Part shown: positions 63,330 to 64,000 of the stretch, in pieces
How the letters are laid out: each line of letters starts with the position of its first letter
How positions within the stretch are numbered: the first letter of the stretch is position 1
Assembly: GCA_965112155.1 (NCBI GenBank)
Contig: OZ218101.1
Direction: 5' to 3' (one strand)
Length of the DNA: 64,000 bases
From: Podarcis liolepis
Taxonomy: Eukaryota
The notes under the pieces: generated by a model
Seen by the model: only the letters and a program-made list of their open reading frames with translations
What the model was told of the DNA's origin: nothing
The model's database searches: none
Position numbers and translations under genes: made by a program

Positions 63330-64000
63330 TCAGTTAAAGCGCAGAGGATTCACTCGCTGCCTTTCCCAAGACTTTCACTCGCTGCCTTTCCCAAGCGAGG
63401 TCGACGTCGGGGAGGAGGGGGCGGAGTGCCCGGAAACAGGCGATGAAAGCGTTGGGCACGAGGCAAAGGGGCGACCGCTGTCACGTGGCCCTCCTCAAGC
63501 GCACGCGCGCGCGCTTGTTCGTTGATATGCCCGTCTCCGGGGCGGGGCGGGGGTTTGGTCCGCTGCTCTCCTTTCTTCCGATGGGTGGCGCGCAACCCGG
63601 AGGCCTGCGCTATCCCAGGGTGCTGTTCGCGGCGTGGGCGCCGCCGTCCCGCTGAGGGGGAGACAGTCTGCGCGGCTGCCTCGCCAACGAGACGCGCTGC
63701 GGGCTGCCGCCAAACGGACATGTTAGCGCCGAGGCCCTGAAGGCGGGAGGCCGACGAGAACGACGTCCCGCCGCTTCCTTCGGGGCTCCTCCGCGCGCGG
63801 TAGCAAGAGGCCGCCGAGCCACAGCCATGGAGGCTGTGAACGCCTTCAACCAAGAGGTGGGGACGGGGCCCGGCAAGGGAGCGCGGGACGGGTAGGCCCC
63901 GGCTGTTGTTGGTGGGGGGTTGGGAGCGGCTGGCGACCGCTGATACCGCTCTGGAGCCTGGGACTGGAGGCCGGAGTTCGCAGGCCTGGTCTGAGGCGGA
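63330..64000 (+). promoter_or_regulatory. CpG-island promoter of SCAF4 (TATA-less, housekeeping type)
   Basis: GC boxes (GGGGCGGAG about 63417; GGGGCGGGGCGGGG about 63539), ETS-like CCGGAA (about 63431), E-box GTCACGTGGC (63480-63489), NRF1-like GCGCACGCGC (about 63499). CCAAT upstream at about 63249. Confidence 0.88.
63827..63856 (+). CDS. SCAF4: SCAF4 (SR-related CTD-associated factor 4) coding exon 1 (10 codons)
   Basis: gccATGG Kozak context; MEAVNAFNQE then GAG|gtgggg donor. Matches recalled SCAF4 MDAVNAFNQE rather than SCAF8 MEAVKTFNSE; head-to-head with HUNK as in other amniotes. Confidence 0.92.

Noticed and set aside
63274-63876. ORFs up to 167 aa around the SCAF4 promoter
   Set aside because: GC-rich shadow frames; only the 30-nt exon at 63827-63856 matches a known protein.

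Overview
Vertebrate nuclear DNA. The repeat content (Sauria SINE, Squam3/MIR-like SINE, CR1, L2, RTE, L1, and Tc1/pogo-, hAT- and foldback MITEs) points to a squamate reptile, probably a lacertid lizard (inference). Coding exons 1-8 of HUNK (an AMPK-related Ser/Thr kinase) lie on the minus strand from 48926 down to 511. All have GT-AG boundaries and consistent phases, giving 1254 nt (418 codons) in the window; the remaining exons lie beyond the left edge. About 14.9 kb upstream, head-to-head, are the CpG-island promoter and first coding exon (MEAVNAFNQE|gt) of SCAF4 on the plus strand, matching the conserved SCAF4-HUNK synteny. Most other ORFs in the track are intronic noise, GC-rich shadow frames or LINE fragments. 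There is a 130-N assembly gap at 12837-12966. I cannot support a new multi-gene biological system here. The best leads are: (i) a candidate unannotated spliced plus-strand transcript or 71-aa microprotein between HUNK and SCAF4; (ii) a SOX/POU/RFX motif cluster and a divergent CTCF-motif pair in the same interval; (iii) a tRNA-Asn-headed, CR1-tailed SINE; (iv) several nested or templated insertions whose target-site duplications can be read directly.
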